Positions 62,679 through 64,000 of a DNA stretch of 64,000 bases are shown here, in pieces. This DNA comes from Candidatus Gottesmanbacteria bacterium. GTDB taxonomy: Bacteria > Patescibacteriota > Microgenomatia > UBA10105 > UBA927. The first letter of the stretch is position 1. The number at the start of each line of letters is the position of its first letter. Both the position numbers and the translations under genes were made by a program. Where the stretch lies: contig JAHFKN010000004.1 of NCBI GenBank assembly GCA_023245355.1, positions 25,309 to 89,308 on the forward strand. Direction: 5' to 3'. A model generated the notes under the pieces. The model was given only the letters and a program-made list of their open reading frames with translations. It did not search any database and was not told the origin of the DNA.

Positions 62679-64000
62679 ATGCACCGGGCTTCTTTACTCA
62701 TCAGCGCCATCGGAATCCTCCTGTTTTCATTCTTCCTTATGATGTATACGTTTTCCTATGACGCCAATACGCATGACATCCGTATTGCGACCAAACTCTG
62801 GAGTGATTTCGGCGCCCACATCCCTCTCATACGGTCATTTTCGTACGGCGAAAACTTAAACCGGCTCATGCATGCCCGCCCGATTGAATCCCCGCTGTTT
62901 CCGGGAGAACCGATCCGTTATCATTTCGGTTTTTACGCACTTGCCGGCATTCTGGAACATCTGGGGCTGCGCATTGACTGGGCGGTAAATATCCCGAGTG
63001 CGGCCGGATTTTTTCTTCTTATTGTTTGTATCTTTTATCTTTCGTACCTCCTCTACAAACAAGAGGGTATTTCATGGCTTTCTGTTGTATTTTTTCTCTT
63101 CAACGGATCGTTATCCTTTCTGCGGTTTTTACGCGAGCATCCGCTTTCCAAACATACGATAACCGACATTATGACCAACGCGCAATTTCCGGCGTTCGGA
63201 CCGTGGGACGGCGGGGATATTTCCGCGTTCTGGACGCTCAATATTTATACGAATCAGCGTCACCTCGGATTATCGTACGCCCTGCTCCTTGCCCTCATTA
63301 TTCTGCTGTATAAACCGCTCAAACACGCCCGCTACACTCCGCTTATAATCGGCGGCGTTACCTCGCTTTTGTTATTTGTAAACTTCGCTGCTGCCGGAAT
63401 TGCTGCGCTGTTTTTCGGCTGGGTGTTTCTGATACAAAAAAAATCCCGCATGCTGCTCCTCCAGAGTGCCGTAATTATTCTCCCTGCGTTTTTTCTGCTC
63501 CGGCATATGAGTAACTTGAGCTCGTCGGTTGCCTGGCAGCCGGGATATCTTATGCGCACGCCGAATCCCGGAATATGGTCGTTTGCATCGTTTTGGTTTG
63601 CAAATCTAGGCCTTCACAGCATTCTCATCCCTGTAGGACTCATTCTGTCGCCGAAAGCAGTGCGCCGATTTCTTATCGGTCCTCTCGTTATCCTTTTTAT
63701 TCTCCCGAACCTGTACCGGTTTTCTCCCGACATGATCAATAACCATAAGTTTTTCAACTTTTTTCTCATTATCGGAAACATCGTGTCCGCGTATGCAGTC
63801 ATGACTCTCATAAAAAAAGCAGGCCAAATACAACATCGCGTGTGGAAACGCGCACTCCAGCTCACGGTGGGGACCATACTCATCGTTCCGCTGATCATAT
63901 CCGGTGTTATTGATTTCTTTCCGCTGATAAATGACACCAAGGGCTCCGTACCGGATACACGCGCAAACGCTGATGCTGAATTTATCCGTTCCAACACGAA
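62679..64000 (+). CDS. Polytopic membrane protein (GT-C-like), 5' part; continues beyond the window
   Basis: Open frame from the ATG at 62679 to the window end with no stop (not in the supplied track). Many TM helices. The loop HDIRIATKLWSDFGAHIP...ESPLFPGEPIRYHFGFYALAG is similar in style to the other paralogs. Confidence 0.5.
   Translation, partial: MHRASLLISAIGILLFSFFLMMYTFSYDANTHDIRIATKLWSDFGAHIPLIRSFSYGENLNRLMHARPIESPLFPGEPIRYHFGFYALAGILEHLGLRIDWAVNIPSAAGFFLLIVCIFYLSYLLYKQEGISWLSVVFFLFNGSLSFLRFLREHPLSKHTITDIMTNAQFPAFGPWDGGDISAFWTLNIYTNQRHLGLSYALLLALIILLYKPLKHARYTPLIIGGVTSLLLFVNFAAAGIAALFFGWVFLIQKKSRMLLLQSAVIILPAFFLLRHMSNLSSSVAWQPGYLMRTPNPGIWSFASFWFANLGLHSILIPVGLILSPKAVRRFLIGPLVILFILPNLYRFSPDMINNHKFFNFFLIIGNIVSAYAVMTLIKKAGQIQHRVWKRALQLTVGTILIVPLIISGVIDFFPLINDTKGSVPDTRANADAEFIRSNT

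Noticed and set aside
1-64000. CRISPR arrays, IS elements, integrases or prophage genes
   Set aside because: No regularly spaced direct repeats were found, and no transposase, integrase, capsid or terminase-like ORF. The only tandem repeats are short in-frame coding repeats inside the giant gene.

Overview
This 64-kb chromosomal window appears to come from an uncultivated-type bacterium; the gene content (dense GT-C membrane proteins, a DUF2298 'YYY' protein, few clear SD sites) hints at CPR/Patescibacteria- or Chloroflexota-like ancestry, but that is inference only. It has three parts. (1) Positions 1-22039 hold a glycan-assembly locus with an unusual density of polytopic GT-C-fold membrane glycosyltransferase-like genes: ArnT/PMT-like, YfhO-like, and a three-member paralog family sharing an 'ADYF(Y/L)Y(L/V)S...G' loop motif. 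One of these is fused to an NPCBM-like carbohydrate-binding domain. Sugar-donor tailoring enzymes lie alongside: DegT-family aminotransferase, two GT2 enzymes including a polyprenyl-phosphate sugar synthase type, a hexapeptide acetyltransferase, an RmlC-like cupin epimerase and a PIG-L/LmbE deacetylase. (2) Positions 22105-54639 on the minus strand hold one uninterrupted 32,535-nt ORF encoding a 10,844-aa mosaic protein. Its modules, in order, are an N-terminal signal-anchor helix, a mucin-like PT-repeat and Cys-rich stalk, long low-complexity helical regions, and an SF2 helicase-like ATPase module with Walker A, a DEFD box, GFTGTP and QxxGRG motifs. These are followed by an internal multi-helix membrane region, a PPP/calcineurin-like metallophosphoesterase (DxH, GDxxDRG, GNHE), three HExxH motifs, a second transmembrane cluster, two papain-fold Cys/His modules, and two tandem degenerate GGDEF-fold (palm) domains. 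This is the candidate novel system. (3) Positions 54640-64000 hold a small divergent ORF with a bidirectional terminator, two tandem tRNA-Ala genes, a LysM-M23 peptidase, Rho with an RGG-rich disordered insertion, a DUF2298 ('YYY') membrane protein, a Glf-like flavoenzyme and another GT-C-like membrane protein that runs off the window. I saw no CRISPR array, rRNA, transposase or integrase.
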